IMG/VR virus record: IMGVR_UViG_3300017700_000558
Location: 1 to 37,864 of that record
Strand: one strand, 5' to 3'
Source of the DNA: a virus
Taxonomy: Duplodnaviria; Caudoviricetes
Length of the DNA: 37,864 bases
Positions 1 to 9,176 of this stretch are shown here, one piece after another (positions within the stretch are counted from its first letter, which is position 1; the number at the start of each line of letters is the position of its first letter). The notes under the pieces are model-generated. The model was given only the letters and a program-made list of their open reading frames with translations, had not been told where the DNA came from and did not search any database. The position numbers and the translations under genes are program-made.

Positions 1-11
1 CTGAGAGGTGC
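1..11. repeat. 11-bp terminal direct repeat CTGAGAGGTGC, left copy (possible cohesive end or assembly overlap)
   Basis: Identical to 37854-37864. The junction lies between an HNH gene and the terminase genes. Confidence 0.85.
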
Positions 12-56
12 TGTGACTATCGGTCGCCCCGAGACTGGGACTTTTTGGAGCATCTT

Positions 57-587
57 ATGGAAACGCTGGCTGAGCGGGCGTGTAAGGGATGCGGGGTGAC
101 GATTGAGCCTGGCACCCGTGAGCGGAATAAGAAAGTCTGGTGCGGTGAGTCGTGTCGTGTTCGTTCTTACCGGGAGCGAGACATTGAGCGCAGCAGGGCC
201 GTTGCTCGGGAACGCTGGCGGGCTAAGTATGTACCAACCGCGACTCGCAAGAACTGCGTGGTGTGTGGGGAAGAATTCATCGCCCATAACGCGAAGCGCA
301 CTCGGTGTTCCGATACTTGCAAGTACCGCGAGCACCGGTTGAGCAGACGAGGGCGCGAAGTTGGCGCTGTTCGGGAAAAATATTCTCTCGGACAGGTGGC
401 AGCAAAAAGCTCATGGGGTTGCGTCCTCTGTTTTGAGCCTGTTGACCCATCACTTACCTACCCCGACAGACGTGCTGCGTCTGTCGATCATCGCGTTCCG
501 CTATCTCGTGGTGGCGACGACACTTTGGCAAATGTTCAGTTGGCGCACTTGGCCTGTAACTGGTCGAAGGGCGCATCCGAGTTCTAA
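57..587 (+). CDS. HNH endonuclease with N-terminal Cys-rich zinc ribbons
   Basis: C-terminal CVLC...DHRVPLSRGG...NVQLAHLACN motif and several CxxC pairs. ATG57 chosen over TTG45 because GGAG lies at 47-50. Confidence 0.85.
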   Translation: METLAERACKGCGVTIEPGTRERNKKVWCGESCRVRSYRERDIERSRAVARERWRAKYVPTATRKNCVVCGEEFIAHNAKRTRCSDTCKYREHRLSRRGREVGAVREKYSLGQVAAKSSWGCVLCFEPVDPSLTYPDRRAASVDHRVPLSRGGDDTLANVQLAHLACNWSKGASEF

Positions 588-591
588 GCGT

Positions 592-626
592 TCCCGAAAT
601 GGGATCGTTCCGTCCCGAAATGGGAG
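592..626 (+). promoter_or_regulatory. Tandem TCCC-GAAAT-GGGA hairpins overlapping the RBS of the small terminase gene
   Basis: Identical 13-mers at 592-604 and 613-625. The 3' arm of the second contains GGGAG, 9 nt before ATG636. Confidence 0.6.
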
Positions 627-635
627 TTACAAGCT

Positions 636-1115
636 ATGGCTGGTATTGGCCCGAAGCCTAAAGATCCTGCACGTCGCGCTGGGCATTCGCCTCGTGATCC
701 TGTGCCGTTTCGTGTTGTCGAAGTAGTTCCCGATCGTCAGCCCTCTTTGGTTGAAGCGGTTGGTGAGATCAATCCGTCTACCGAGATGCCGTGGAAGCCG
801 CAGACAATTCGCTTCTGGGATCAGCTTGAACAGTTTCCGACGACCTCGAATCTTGTCGGTGCGCAGTGGACATTGCTGGCTGCGGCAATGATCCTCATGG
901 ACGACTTCCTAAACGGGCGCACGACTGCTGCTGCCGAGCTTCGGCTCGAGCTCGCGAAGTTCGGAATTGCTCCCGATGATGTTGCTCGTCTACGCATTCA
1001 GTTCGCGCAGGCCGACACGGTTGAAGCTGCAGCTCCCATTAGGTCGCATTCGGCTAGGTCGCGGTTCGGTCGGGTTGAATCTGATCTGCCTGATGTGCCT
1101 GAACTTGAGGCGTAA
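636..1115 (+). CDS. terS: Terminase small subunit
   Basis: MAGxGPxPK N-terminus and ELRL..AKFG..PDD.ARLRI motif typical of actinophage TerS. Coupled to TerL (TAATG overlap). Confidence 0.8.
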   Translation: MAGIGPKPKDPARRAGHSPRDPVPFRVVEVVPDRQPSLVEAVGEINPSTEMPWKPQTIRFWDQLEQFPTTSNLVGAQWTLLAAAMILMDDFLNGRTTAAAELRLELAKFGIAPDDVARLRIQFAQADTVEAAAPIRSHSARSRFGRVESDLPDVPELEA

Positions 1116-2779
1116 TGCCTTGGGTTCCGACTGACGATGATGCGTTCCCGTCGTTGGGTCATTTTGTGGTGCAGCAGATGGAGGAATTTCTAGCTTCCCC
1201 TGATGAGGCCGAGTACACGCCTTTGCAGTTGACTCGTGAACAGTACGAGTTTCTGGTTCGCCTGTATGAGTTGGATCCGGTGACGGGTGAGCGTGTGCGG
1301 CATCGTGCGGTTCTTAGTCGTCCGCGTGGTTGGGGTAAGTCGCCGTTTCTTGCGGCGATTGGTATTGCTGAGGGTTTGTTCGATGTGTGTTTTGACGGGT
1401 GGGATGCGAGCGGTCAGCCGGTAGGCAGGCCGTGGTCGCAAACTCGTGTTCCCCTAGTTTTGGTTACTGCGGTCAATGAAGACCAGGTGATGCGTAATAC
1501 GTGGCGTGTTTTGCTTGAGATGCTGCGTGAGGGTCCTGCGGTCAATGAGTTTGATATTGAGCCGATGGATTCGTTTGTGAATCTTCCTTCTGGGCGTATT
1601 GAGCCGGCTACATCGTCGGGGCGTGCGGCTAAGGGTGCTCGTGCTGTTTGTTCGATCATGGACCAAACAGAGGAATGGGTTGCGGGAAACGGTGGTGTCC
1701 GGTTTGCGCAGGTTCTTCGGAACAATGCGACGAAGCTGGGTGGGGTGACGATTGAGTCTCCGAATGCTTTTACGCCGGGTGAGAATTCGGTTGCTGAGGA
1801 ATCTGCGAAGTATTGGCAGTCGATTCTTGAGGGCAAAGCAAAAAGTCGGTCGATTCTTTACGACCACCGCGAAGCACCAGCAGACACCGACCCCGAGGAC
1901 AAGGTTTCGCTGATAGCTGGTCTACGGGTTGCTTACGGTGACAGCTCCAATCACCCTGACGGCTGTGTGATTCACGAGCCGCCGTGCGAACCCGGTTGGT
2001 CACCTATTGGTCGTATTGCACTGGACTTTTGGGATACGGCGAATGATCCGCAGGTGATGCGGGCTGACTTCTTGAACCAGATCACTCATGCGGCGGATTC
2101 GTGGTTGTCGCAGGTGGAGCTCAAAGCGATTGACAAGTTGGCTAATCCTGAGTTCAAAGAGGTCACTAGACAAGACCCGATCACCCTTGGTTTTGATGGT
2201 TCTCGAGGTCGGTCTAAATCCAAACCGGATGCGACGGCGCTTGTTGGGTGTCGTGTGTCTGATGGGCATCTGTTCAAGTTGGGTGTGTGGGAGCCACCGG
2301 ATGGGCCGGGCGAAAAAGGCTGGTCGATTCCTGAGGCGCAGGTGGAGGCGGCTGTTCGGCAAGCGTTCCAAGATTTCAACGTGGTTGGTTTTTATGCTGA
2401 CCCGGCGATGTGGGATGGGCATGTGGCGCAGTGGGAGGCCGCATATGGTCGCCGTCTGAAAGTTGTCAACACACGCGAGAAGCCGATCAGTTTCAACACT
2501 CGTTCGATGACTGCTGTGGTTCGTGGTTTTGAGTCGTTGCAGGCGGCGATTGTGAACCGTGAAATTTCGTATGACGGTTCTTATGATTTGACTCGCCATT
2601 TTTTGAATGCGCGCCGGCAGCGTGTCCGTTCGGGCATTGTGCTGCGGAAACCCAATAACGATTACCTTGCGAAGATTGATGCCGCGTATGCGGCGATGCT
2701 CGCCTATTCATGCCGTATTGATGCCCTCGGTAAGGGGGTTGGTACAAGACGTACAGGTTCGGCTCGCCGTATCTACTAG
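1115..2779 (+). CDS. terL: Terminase large subunit
   Basis: Walker A RPRGWGKS, Walker B-like IMDQTE, RNase H nuclease motifs LGFDGS...DAT and KIDAAYA. Confidence 0.95.
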   Translation: MPWVPTDDDAFPSLGHFVVQQMEEFLASPDEAEYTPLQLTREQYEFLVRLYELDPVTGERVRHRAVLSRPRGWGKSPFLAAIGIAEGLFDVCFDGWDASGQPVGRPWSQTRVPLVLVTAVNEDQVMRNTWRVLLEMLREGPAVNEFDIEPMDSFVNLPSGRIEPATSSGRAAKGARAVCSIMDQTEEWVAGNGGVRFAQVLRNNATKLGGVTIESPNAFTPGENSVAEESAKYWQSILEGKAKSRSILYDHREAPADTDPEDKVSLIAGLRVAYGDSSNHPDGCVIHEPPCEPGWSPIGRIALDFWDTANDPQVMRADFLNQITHAADSWLSQVELKAIDKLANPEFKEVTRQDPITLGFDGSRGRSKSKPDATALVGCRVSDGHLFKLGVWEPPDGPGEKGWSIPEAQVEAAVRQAFQDFNVVGFYADPAMWDGHVAQWEAAYGRRLKVVNTREKPISFNTRSMTAVVRGFESLQAAIVNREISYDGSYDLTRHFLNARRQRVRSGIVLRKPNNDYLAKIDAAYAAMLAYSCRIDALGKGVGTRRTGSARRIY

Positions 2780-2788
2780 GAGGCTCCA

Positions 2789-4174
2789 TTGGTTCAGCCG
2801 ACGACACCGGAGGACTGGCTCCCGATTCTCACGAAGAGGTTGGATGATCGCCGTCCACGTATTGACCGTTTGCGGTCGTATGTGAATGGTCATGCGCCTT
2901 TGCCTGAGGCGGGTAAGAATGTGCGTGCGTCGTGGTTGGAGTTCCAGGCGAAAGCGCGCACGAACTTTGGTGCCCTTGTGGTGGATGCTTTGGCGGAGCG
3001 TCTGATTTGTAATGGTGTGATGGTTGGTCAGTCGGAGACTGACGATGATACTGTTCGTCAGATTTGGCTTGAGAATCGGATGGATATTGCTGTTTCGGAC
3101 ACGATCCGTGACATGTTGACGGTTTCTATCGGTTACATGGTTGTTGGTCGTGATTCGGTTGGTCGTCCGGTGATTACGTCGGAGCAGCCGGAGTTCATGT
3201 ATGCGGCGACGGATCCGTTGCAGCCGTGGAAGGCTCGCGCTGGTGTGAAGGTGTGGCGTGATGAGGATGCGCAGGAAGATTATGCGTATGTGTGGGCTGA
3301 GGGGCAGCGTCAAAAGTTTTCGCGGTCCATTTACTCGAACCCTGATGCGAGGTCGAAGAAGCTGATTACGAAGGCTTATGGGTCGTGGACTCCCGGTGAG
3401 CAGGAACCCTATACGGGTGCCCCGCCGATTGTTGTGTTCGAGAACCATGACTCGTCGGGTGAGTTTGAACCTCACACGGACATTTTGGATCGCATCAATA
3501 AGGGCATCCTTGACCGTCTTGTGACGACGGCTATGCAGGCGTTCCGGCAGCGTGCCGTTGAGGGTGGCCTACCGCCGACCGATGAGGCTGGCAACCCGAT
3601 TGATTACGCATCCATTTTTGTTCCCGCGCCCGGTGCTCTCTGGGAACTCCCCGAGGGCATCAAGATTTGGGAGTCGCAGGAATCGTCGCAGGGCATCATT
3701 GCGATGCTCAACGCGGTCAAGGATGACATTCGCGACCTCGCATCTGTAACCCGCACCCCGACTCCCATGCTTGTCCCTGATGGGGCGAACCAGTCTGCTG
3801 CGGGCTCGGAGTTCTCGAAAGAGGGTTTGGTGATGAAAGCGAAGGATCGTATCGCCCGCATCAAACCTTCCCTGAATGAGGTTCTCGCGATCGCGTTGCG
3901 TGTCCTCAATCCTGAGTTCAAGGAAACGGTGAGCTCATCATTCGCTGACCCCACAAATGTGACCACGGCAGAGAAATATGATGCGGCGACGAAAGCGAAA
4001 GCCGTTGAAGTTCCTTGGCGCACAATCATGATCTCAATCCTTGGGTTCTCTGCTGCGGATGTTGACAACATGGCTGTGGAGCGTGAGGAAGAACAGCAGG
4101 CACTAGCCGCTGCCGCCACTCCAGTTGCTCCCGCTGCCCCTGTAGCTCCGGTGCCTGCCGTTGCCAACGCCTGA
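2789..4174 (+). CDS. Portal protein (SPP1 gp6-like)
   Basis: Follows TerL, 461 aa, with GEFEPH.DILDRIN and AFRQRA motifs typical of actinophage portals. Confidence 0.9.
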   Translation: MVQPTTPEDWLPILTKRLDDRRPRIDRLRSYVNGHAPLPEAGKNVRASWLEFQAKARTNFGALVVDALAERLICNGVMVGQSETDDDTVRQIWLENRMDIAVSDTIRDMLTVSIGYMVVGRDSVGRPVITSEQPEFMYAATDPLQPWKARAGVKVWRDEDAQEDYAYVWAEGQRQKFSRSIYSNPDARSKKLITKAYGSWTPGEQEPYTGAPPIVVFENHDSSGEFEPHTDILDRINKGILDRLVTTAMQAFRQRAVEGGLPPTDEAGNPIDYASIFVPAPGALWELPEGIKIWESQESSQGIIAMLNAVKDDIRDLASVTRTPTPMLVPDGANQSAAGSEFSKEGLVMKAKDRIARIKPSLNEVLAIALRVLNPEFKETVSSSFADPTNVTTAEKYDAATKAKAVEVPWRTIMISILGFSAADVDNMAVEREEEQQALAAAATPVAPAAPVAPVPAVANA

Positions 4175-4958
4175 GCAAGTTCTCGCCGGCTACCAGAGGA
4201 CGGTAGCTAACATCCGCTCAACAGTGGTTGGACGGGGTGCGTGGTTGTGGGAGAACCTGCCCGACTACCGTGATTCAGACATTGACCGGTTTGTTGCACA
4301 GATTGTTCCCGTTGTGCAGGCGGGAAAGCTTCGCACAGCGACGGTGACTGCTGCGTACATGCGGCAGGAGGCTCGAGCTCGCGGCGATTTCGCACCGATG
4401 GCTTTCGCTGGCCGTGATGAGATTCTTGACGCTCGCAAAGTTGATCCGGTCATTGAGTATCGTCGCCCCGCTGTCACTTTGTACACGGCCCTGTCGAATG
4501 GTCGCGATTTTGCGTCAGCGGTGACTGAGGGTGCGTCGCGGTTGACGGTGCTGCTCGAAACTGATCTGCAGTTGGCGAAAACAACTCAGTCGCGTGCGTC
4601 GTTGCAGTCGGGCGGTTACACCTACTACCGGCGTGTGTTGTCGGGTTCTGAGAATTGTGCGTTGTGTGCGATCGCTTCGACGCAGCGGTACAAGGTTTCT
4701 GAGCTGATGCCGATTCATGGTCATTGTGATTGTTCGGTCCAGGCGGTGAGTGCTGGGTATGACCCCGGCCAGGTTCTTGACCCTGATTTGTTGTCTGCGG
4801 TGCATCAGCATATTGAGGCGACAGGCGGAACGATCGACACGACCGCCTCGAGCAAGGATTACCGGCAGTTGATCACGACTCACGAGAACGGTGAATACGG
4901 GCCGGTTCTTGCGTGGGCTTCGGATAAGTTCACTGGCCCTGACCAGTTGGCGGCATAG
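4161..4958 (+). CDS. MuF-like minor capsid / capsid maturation protein
   Basis: RRVLSGSENCALC...HGHCDC motif, positioned between portal and scaffold. Confidence 0.75.
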   Translation: MPTPEQVLAGYQRTVANIRSTVVGRGAWLWENLPDYRDSDIDRFVAQIVPVVQAGKLRTATVTAAYMRQEARARGDFAPMAFAGRDEILDARKVDPVIEYRRPAVTLYTALSNGRDFASAVTEGASRLTVLLETDLQLAKTTQSRASLQSGGYTYYRRVLSGSENCALCAIASTQRYKVSELMPIHGHCDCSVQAVSAGYDPGQVLDPDLLSAVHQHIEATGGTIDTTASSKDYRQLITTHENGEYGPVLAWASDKFTGPDQLAA

Positions 4959-5104
4959 AACACGTTTTCGAATGTCGCCCGCCTGACTATCTGAAAAGCG
5001 GGCAGGTCATACCGTCCCAGATCGGCCTCCTACGCCCTCAGATTGTCACCTGTGGCCGCTCAGACCCATATCTGCGCCACCCATCGAAGATCACTTCGAA
5101 TCTT

Positions 5105-5166
5105 CCCCACGCTCATGTGTGGGGTTCGCCCGAAATGGGTGAATCATCTAAAACCCGAAACGGGAG
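5105..5166 (+). promoter_or_regulatory. Hairpin array in the scaffold leader (CCC-GAAAY-GGG hairpins over the RBS)
   Basis: ccccacgc/gtgtgggg at 5105-5124, ttcgccc-gaaat-gggtgaa at 5125-5143, ccc-gaaac-ggg at 5154-5164 overlapping the GGGAG SD. Confidence 0.55.
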
Positions 5167-5172
5167 TATCCA

Positions 5173-5721
5173 ATGTCTGACCCCATTACCGCTGACGCGA
5201 CCGCAACGGACACGACAGCAGACACAGCCGCGACTACCGAAAAGGTGATCGATTGGCAGGCCGAAGCCGAGAAGTGGAAAGCGAATTCTCGTAAGAACGA
5301 GGACAACGCCAAAGCGAATGCCGCAGCAGCTAAGAAGCTTGCGGAAATCGAGGAAGCCAACAAGACCGAGATCGAGAAGGCGCAGGCGCGAGCCGATGCC
5401 GCTGAACGGGATCTCGCCACCACCCGCATTGATGCTCTCCGCAATTCTGTGGCGCTCGATAAGAAACTCACGCCCTCACAGGCGAAACGTCTTGTCGGCG
5501 CTACCCGCGAAGAGCTCGAGGCGGACGCGGACGAACTTCTCGCTGATCTCAAAAACACACAACCCTCTGCTGTTGCGACCTCCGAAGGTCAGGGCAAGCA
5601 GGGGGAACCGGTGGGTCAGGCCGCACAGATCACATCCCGTGACCAACTCAAAAACATGACCTCCACACAGATTGTCGAAGCCCGCAAAGAGGGACGACTC
5701 GACGGCCTGATGGGGGTCTAA
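5173..5721 (+). CDS. Capsid scaffolding protein
   Basis: Ala/Glu/Lys-rich coiled coil with KWKA.SRKNE and GATREELEADADELL motifs, directly before the capsid gene. Confidence 0.85.
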   Translation: MSDPITADATATDTTADTAATTEKVIDWQAEAEKWKANSRKNEDNAKANAAAAKKLAEIEEANKTEIEKAQARADAAERDLATTRIDALRNSVALDKKLTPSQAKRLVGATREELEADADELLADLKNTQPSAVATSEGQGKQGEPVGQAAQITSRDQLKNMTSTQIVEARKEGRLDGLMGV

Positions 5722-5739
5722 CCCCGAAAGGAATAGCTC

Positions 5740-6606
5740 ATGGCTATTGACAACTTCATTCCCGATATTTGGCGTGCAGAAATGGAAGTCGCGTACTTCG
5801 CGAACCAGGTCGCCATCCCAACCATTGAGGGCAACGGCCAGATCCCTGATGCTGACATTCGTGTCGGTAACACGGTGAAGATCACCGGTGCTGTCACCCC
5901 CACCATCGTTGACTATGCGGGTGCTTCTCGCTCGATCACCGCTGAGGCTCTCGCCGATGACGGTATCGATGTCAACATTGATCAGGAGAAGGCGTTCTCG
6001 TTCATTGTCGATGACATTGACAAGCGTCAGGCTGCTGGTTCGATGGAGGCGTACACGACCTCTGCGGGTCGTGCGCTCGCTGAGGATGCGGAGTCGTACC
6101 TGCTCGGCAAGTTCCTGTCTGAGTCGTGGACCCTGAACGTGACCGGTGCTTCACCGACCACTGTCAGCTCTTACGCGACGGCGAAGGCAGCAGCCCTCAA
6201 GATTCGTACCTTCCTGAACAACAAGAAGATCCCGACGAGCGACCGTTTCCTTGTCGTCAACCCGGCCTTCTCGGAGTATCTCGTTGATGGCCTCTCTGAC
6301 GTTGCCCTTGCGGGTGGCGGCGAGGAACTCCGCAATGGGCAGATTGCCCGTGTGTGGGGTTTCACGGTTCTTGAGTCGCCGCTGCTTGGCGACCAGACGA
6401 AGCCGACTGCTGTTGGTTACCACCGTTCCGCTGCTGGTTTCGCCGGCCAGATCACGGAGACTGAGGCGCTGCGTCACCAGACGAAGTTCGCTGACATCGT
6501 TCGTGGTCTGAACGTGTACGGGGCGAAGGTTGTGCGTCAGCGCGCCATCGGTTCGCACGTTTCGGGTGGTACCACGCAGAACGCGTTCTCGTCGTTCCTG
6601 TCCTAA
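5740..6606 (+). CDS. Major capsid protein (HK97 fold, P22-coat-like family)
   Basis: FIPDIW N-terminus, GNTVKI, IDQEKAFSFIVDDIDKRQ and FADIVRGLNVYGAKVVR motifs. Carries a short Ser/Thr-rich C-terminal extension. Confidence 0.92.
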   Translation: MAIDNFIPDIWRAEMEVAYFANQVAIPTIEGNGQIPDADIRVGNTVKITGAVTPTIVDYAGASRSITAEALADDGIDVNIDQEKAFSFIVDDIDKRQAAGSMEAYTTSAGRALAEDAESYLLGKFLSESWTLNVTGASPTTVSSYATAKAAALKIRTFLNNKKIPTSDRFLVVNPAFSEYLVDGLSDVALAGGGEELRNGQIARVWGFTVLESPLLGDQTKPTAVGYHRSAAGFAGQITETEALRHQTKFADIVRGLNVYGAKVVRQRAIGSHVSGGTTQNAFSSFLS

Positions 6607-6629
6607 CCAATTAGAGGGTCGGTAAACCT

Positions 6630-7577
6630 GTGCATGTTGTTGCGTCTCTTCTGTCGTACCCGCCTCACAGGTTTATTGGTTCGGAGCTGATGACCCACGC
6701 GCTGCTGAAACGTTTAGCAGCGCGTGGGCATCAGGTCACTGTTGTTGTCCGCCAGGGTGTAGCCCCGTGGGCGTATGACGGTATTCAGGTCATTGGTGGT
6801 GACCTGCCGAAAGGCGAATGGCATCCTCTCCCTGTCGGGGATGTGTTGATCTACCATGCCGAGTTCTATGAGGGTTCGGTGGAATCGTGGCCGGGTAAGA
6901 AGGTTGCGATCTGTCACAACTCTCGCATGGGGGTTGAGGTTGGGTTGCATAATATGCGCCCTGATCTTGCGGTGATGAATTCGGAGACGATGCGCAAAAC
7001 TTTGCGTTTCGGTAACACGGTTGTCGTTCACCCTCCGCTGGCGTTGCCGGAGAAGCCTGTGCATGGTGACCGGGTGACGGTCATCAACATGGAGCGAACG
7101 TCGAAGATTGGCCCGTTCTGGGAAGTCGCGAAGCTGATGAAACCGCTCGGGTTTCTGGGTGTTCGTGGTGGTTATGGGGAGCAGTCCCGCCCTGCGGGTA
7201 GACCGCCCGCCAATGTGGATGTCATTGACCCTGTTACCCCGGCTGAGATGACCGAGAAGGTGTGGGCGCGTACTGCTGTTCTGATGGTGCCGTCTGCTAC
7301 CGAGTCATGGTCGATGGTTGCGTCTGAGGCGATGGCGCACGGTATCCCTGTGATCGCGTCCCCTCTGCCGGGTCTGATTGAGAACATGCAGGGTGTCGGT
7401 ACGTGGGCTCTGCGTGAGCACCCGCATTCGTGGGTTGAAGGTATCAACACCATTTTGGGTGCGTGGGATGAGTTTTCTGCGGTCGCTCTCGAGCGGGCCG
7501 CTTTCCAAGCAGCACAACATGACGCTGAGGTTGAGGCGTGGTGCGATGAAGTAGAAAGGCTTGCTGATGCTCGCTAA
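6630..7577 (+). CDS. Glycosyltransferase, GT-B fold (GT4-like), embedded in the head module
   Basis: GSELMTH.L...L..RGH.V.V N-terminus and E-X7-E motif (PSATESWSMVASEAMAHGIPVIAS). Confidence 0.9.
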   Translation: MHVVASLLSYPPHRFIGSELMTHALLKRLAARGHQVTVVVRQGVAPWAYDGIQVIGGDLPKGEWHPLPVGDVLIYHAEFYEGSVESWPGKKVAICHNSRMGVEVGLHNMRPDLAVMNSETMRKTLRFGNTVVVHPPLALPEKPVHGDRVTVINMERTSKIGPFWEVAKLMKPLGFLGVRGGYGEQSRPAGRPPANVDVIDPVTPAEMTEKVWARTAVLMVPSATESWSMVASEAMAHGIPVIASPLPGLIENMQGVGTWALREHPHSWVEGINTILGAWDEFSAVALERAAFQAAQHDAEVEAWCDEVERLADAR

Positions 7578-8154
7578 CCTCGCTGACCAGACCGCAGCTA
7601 CAGCTTTCGGGTACGGGACTATTGCGTCTGCGATGTTTGCTAGGGCGTCCGCTCGGGTGCGCGGGTACACGCGGCAGACGATTTCGGCTACGACGACGAC
7701 GATCACGGGTCGTGGGCCGATCATTCAGTTGCCTGAGCGTCCTGTGAATTCGGTTACTTCTGTGACGGATGTCACTGACCCCGCAAACCCGATCACTTTG
7801 ACGAGTGATGAGTGGGTGTTGCGGTCTGGTGGTGTGCTGGAAACTCCCGCCTATTCGGGTAATTTGACGGTCGTTTATACGTCGGGGTGGGCGACGTTGC
7901 CTGATGAACTGACTGAGCTCGTGTGTGGGCTTGCGTCACGGTTGACGGAGATCAACCCTGATGTTGCTGCGGGTGTGCAGCAGGAGTCGGGTGGTAGTGA
8001 GTCGGTGACTTTTGGTTTCGATTCGTATAACGCTATTTCGGAGTTGTCTACGGGTGAGAAGCGGGTTCTTGACCGCATTTTCCCGGCTCGTGCTGGTGTT
8101 GTTGTGATGCGGCGTGAAGATTCCGGTTATGTCCCGTCGATGACGCGGTTCTGA
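7567..8154 (+). CDS. Head-to-tail adaptor
   Basis: ASARVRGYT.Q, LPERPV.SV.SV and VYTSGW..LPD motifs plus synteny. GAAAGG RBS before ATG7567. Confidence 0.8.
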   Translation: MLANLADQTAATAFGYGTIASAMFARASARVRGYTRQTISATTTTITGRGPIIQLPERPVNSVTSVTDVTDPANPITLTSDEWVLRSGGVLETPAYSGNLTVVYTSGWATLPDELTELVCGLASRLTEINPDVAAGVQQESGGSESVTFGFDSYNAISELSTGEKRVLDRIFPARAGVVVMRREDSGYVPSMTRF

Positions 8155-8492
8155 TGTCTCGGTCGTTCTATAACCAGTCGGGTGTGAGGCAGAGGGCTAC
8201 TACGTCTACGAATGCGCGTAACGATGTGGTTTTGTCGTGGTCGTCACCGTCTGAGGTCACCATTTCTGGTGTCCGGTTGCAGCCTCTCAAGTCGGAAGAG
8301 ATTCGACCAGGTTTTACTGGTGAGATCGTCACCCACCGTCTCCTTGCCCCCTATGAGTCGGATATCGCTTACCGTGACCGGTGGGTTCAGGGTGGTGTCA
8401 CGTATGAGGTTGATGGTTCCCCTGAGCAACACAATTCGCCTACTGGGGTGGCGCAGCATGACGAGGTTTACCTGAGAAGGGTCGTGGGCTGA
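8154..8492 (+). CDS. Head-to-tail stopper
   Basis: DI...DR....G.TYEVDG.P motif and synteny. Confidence 0.8.
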   Translation: MSRSFYNQSGVRQRATTSTNARNDVVLSWSSPSEVTISGVRLQPLKSEEIRPGFTGEIVTHRLLAPYESDIAYRDRWVQGGVTYEVDGSPEQHNSPTGVAQHDEVYLRRVVG

Positions 8493-8755
8493 TGTTGTCT
8501 ATCAAGTTTCATGTGTTTACCGGTTACCGGGAGTACATGCGTGAGTCGGGGGTGGAGCAGCTTCTCGAGGATGCGGGGAACCGTATCGCGGATGCTGCGG
8601 GTGGTGAGGATGCTGGGTTTGTTGTGGATGTGCAGTCGCGTGCTGGTCGTCGCCAAGTTCCTCGAGTATCGGTGAGAACTGCTACTCCTGAGGCGATGGA
8701 GGCTGAGGCGCGGGATCGTGTGTTGACTCGGGCGTTGGATGCTGGCCGTGGTTGA
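8492..8755 (+). CDS. Neck/tail completion protein (hypothetical)
   Basis: Conserved position, with the EA....LTRAL C-terminus typical of this slot. Confidence 0.6.
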   Translation: MLSIKFHVFTGYREYMRESGVEQLLEDAGNRIADAAGGEDAGFVVDVQSRAGRRQVPRVSVRTATPEAMEAEARDRVLTRALDAGRG

Positions 8756-9143
8756 GGTCATTGTTGCCCCCGATTCTGAGGCGTTGCTCATTTCGTATCT
8801 GAACACTGCGTATGCGGCGCGCTCCAATTCGGTGCGAGCTGGCACACAAGTCCCTACGCCCCGCCCGGCCGCGTTTGTTCGTGTGATTCGGGTTGGTGGA
8901 ACTTCCACTCTTGTTATGGACAATCCAACGTTCGCTGTTGAGTCGTGGGCGGATGACCCGATTCTGGCGTACACGAACGCTGCACTCACTCGTGGGCTCA
9001 TTCATGCGATCGGTTCGACCGGTGGCTCACAATTTTACGACCCCCAAGAGTTTTCGGGGCCGGCTAATCTTCCTGATCCAGATTCGGGTCAGGCGAGGTA
9101 CACACAGACCATTTCTGTGGGCGTTAGGCAAACCGCGCTGTAA
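8748..9143 (+). CDS. Tail terminator protein
   Basis: P.P....FVRV.RVGG and LPDPDSGQARY motifs, directly before the major tail gene. Start may be 8739. Confidence 0.8.
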   Translation: MVEVIVAPDSEALLISYLNTAYAARSNSVRAGTQVPTPRPAAFVRVIRVGGTSTLVMDNPTFAVESWADDPILAYTNAALTRGLIHAIGSTGGSQFYDPQEFSGPANLPDPDSGQARYTQTISVGVRQTAL

Positions 9144-9176
9144 CGCATCCATCCAAGGTCGGCGCTTTGGAGAATC

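Noticed and set aside
2708-4167. Long minus-strand ORFs (also 9628..10470, 14293..14946, 26702..27343)
   Set aside because: They are antisense shadows of well-supported plus-strand genes in GC-rich DNA, with no recognisable motifs.
6590-6632. Frameshift fusion of capsid to the downstream glycosyltransferase
   Set aside because: The GT frame has a TAG at 6612-6614 before its start, and there is no slippery heptamer.
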